This document shows positions 62,725 to 64,000 of a DNA stretch of 64,000 bases, one piece after another (the first letter of the stretch is position 1; each line of letters opens with the position of its first letter). The stretch is from NCBI GenBank assembly GCA_937625935.1, contig OW569392.1, forward strand, positions 62,001 to 126,000, read 5' to 3'. The stretch is from Tetramitus jugosus (Eukaryota; Protista; Heterolobosea). Below the pieces are notes generated by a model that was not told the origin of the DNA, did not search any database, and worked only from the letters and a program-made list of their open reading frames with translations. The translations under genes were made by a program, and so were the position numbers.

Positions 62725-63873
62725 CTACAGGTTGGAATAATCACTCTGGTGAGTGTTTTGGTTGATGCCCTTCATCAAAGAGCGTAACCTTGTAGTAGGA
62801 CCGTCGATGGACACAGAGCCATCTGTTGTTTTTTTCTTGTTTTGGGCCTTGTTGCTCATCAGATCACACAGTGTGATCCTAGCACTCCTCTTCTTGTTAT
62901 CATTGAGTTGTGGACTCTGAATCTCCTTTTCGGAGTCATCATCCACATCCACAATGACTGGTTCGTCCTCAGTCAAACCATACCTTTTGGGTGCAGCAGC
63001 AAGTGCCAATGCAGCAATTTCCTTCTTCACTCTTGCGAACACTGGAGAAGTGGCATTCACTTGCTCCAGAATATGCCGATTTTCAGCGCTGAGCTGTACA
63101 ACAGGCACTGTTGGTAGTGGTGTTGCACTCCTTTGTTCTTCTGTCTCCATTAGACCAGGAGCAGTTCTTTGTACAACTTCTTGTTCCGGTATCGGAACCG
63201 GTTTGTTGCCCTCTTGACCCTTTGTCTTTGCCAATTCCTTGGTGAGTTCTGTGACCTGTCGACGCAGTGCGTCAACCACCGTCAGCAGCTCCTCGTACAT
63301 CTTCGTCAATCTCTTGTTGACAGCCTTGAGAGGATCATGTGGTCTCTCGACGTATCGAGTGACCGTGGCCTTGACCTTTTGCTCTCCGCTGAGCACTGCT
63401 CGTGCATAGGTTTCATCACCCATGACCACGAAAGCAGTGTCACGCTTCTTGAGCACACTGGCAACCTTCTCAGGTCCCAGTAGCTTCTTGATGTCGTCCA
63501 CTGACATGTTCTTCATGCCATGGACGACCACCTTTCTTGTGCAATCAACACTGCGCTTGGGTGCAGCAGTGCTGTTGCCAATCCTCCTCTGTTTGTTGAA
63601 TAGCTCAACAAACTCATAGATGCGGTCACCCTTGACCGTCACCCATGCAACAAAGCGTTGCTGACCTTTCCTCTTGATGACCTGGACTCGGTTGAGCCAG
63701 TCACCAAACTCCTCTCCTATCTTTCTTGCCAAAGATGACTGAGAGACACCATTACCGTTGCCAGTAATGACGACCTCTCTGTCACTTGGCCTAGAGCCTT
63801 TCCGTGCAGTGGTCCACACTGCATAACGGCTGTTGCCGTATTCCTTCACCAAATTTGTTGAATCACCAGACAT
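62725..63873 (-). CDS. Tandem RRM-like plus coiled-coil protein (retroelement ORF1/Gag-like?)
   Basis: Two RRM-like units (REVVITG...VSQSSLARKI...FVAWVTV; RKVVVHGM..MSVDDIKKLL...TAFVVM..ETYARAVL) are followed by coiled coil LTKMYEELLTVVDALRRQVTELTKELAK. The ORF is visibly GC-richer than the host genes. Confidence 0.55.
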   Translation of the reverse strand: MSGDSTNLVKEYGNSRYAVWTTARKGSRPSDREVVITGNGNGVSQSSLARKIGEEFGDWLNRVQVIKRKGQQRFVAWVTVKGDRIYEFVELFNKQRRIGNSTAAPKRSVDCTRKVVVHGMKNMSVDDIKKLLGPEKVASVLKKRDTAFVVMGDETYARAVLSGEQKVKATVTRYVERPHDPLKAVNKRLTKMYEELLTVVDALRRQVTELTKELAKTKGQEGNKPVPIPEQEVVQRTAPGLMETEEQRSATPLPTVPVVQLSAENRHILEQVNATSPVFARVKKEIAALALAAAPKRYGLTEDEPVIVDVDDDSEKEIQSPQLNDNKKRSARITLCDLMSNKAQNKKKTTDGSVSIDGPTTRLRSLMKGINQNTHQSDYSNL

Positions 63874-63937
63874 GTGATTCCGTTTTTTTCTGGTCTGCCT
63901 TTTTTTTTTTTTTTTTAATACAACAAATGGTGCTCAC

Positions 63938-63985
63938 GCACCACGTTGCGGAACTTTTATTTTTCTTTTGCGTGAGAGCAGGCTT
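63938..63985 (+). repeat. 48-bp direct repeat, copy 2 (continues into an 11-bp perfect hairpin)
   Basis: gcaccacgttgcggaacttttatttttcttttgcgtgagagcaggctt, immediately followed by gcctgctctca. Confidence 0.9.
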
Positions 63986-64000
63986 GCCTGCTCTCAATTG

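Larger units (their letters stand above)
62440..64000 (-). mobile_element. Putative retroelement-like cassette (direct repeats, poly(A) tracts, hairpins, ORF1-like gene); probably continues beyond the window
   Basis: The direct repeat pair flanks the ORF. T16 (62585-62600) and T17 (63900-63916) read as poly(A) on the coding strand, each preceded by AATAAA and stem-loops. Base composition shifts. No RT or transposase is present in the window. Confidence 0.45.

Noticed and set aside
741-63619. The many short ORFs antisense to or nested in the long genes
   Set aside because: They are shadow ORFs produced by codon bias and low-complexity tracts of the real CDSs.
62440-63985. The direct repeats as canonical LTRs or a CRISPR array
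   Set aside because: There are only two 48-bp copies 1.5 kb apart, with no TG...CA ends, PBS/PPT or TSD, and no repeat-spacer periodicity.

Overview
Gene-dense eukaryotic DNA from a protist, read in the standard genetic code. It has few, short GT-AG introns with CTAAC/CTAAT branch points, Asn/Gln-rich low-complexity tracts, and A/C-rich leaders before start codons. The receptor-type cyclase architecture and overall style resemble Heterolobosea (Naegleria-like); that placement is inference. There are about 28 protein genes. Housekeeping genes include EPG5, DDX55/SPB4, PMM, an NT5C2-like nucleotidase, HIBADH, sideroflexin, an OCD/mu-crystallin, a PAQR/MMD-like protein, a RasGEF, an F-box/LRR protein and a DZIP1-like protein. 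The main highlights are four. (1) An intact NRPS-like A-T-R-R enzyme with the architecture and A-domain signature of the fungal glycine-betaine reductase ATRR. (2) Directly downstream, a tandem pair of stand-alone M35-protease-prodomain-like proteins. (3) Several apparent pseudo-enzymes: an ankyrin-sensor-HAMP pseudocyclase, a UBE2O-like protein with catalytic Cys replaced by Ser, a kinase fused to a Cys-to-Ser pseudophosphatase, and a degenerate CYTH protein. (4) At the right edge, a mobile-element-like cassette: a tandem-RRM/coiled-coil ORF bracketed by genomic poly(A) tracts, tetraloop hairpins and a 48-bp direct repeat. No rRNA, tRNA or CRISPR array was recognised.
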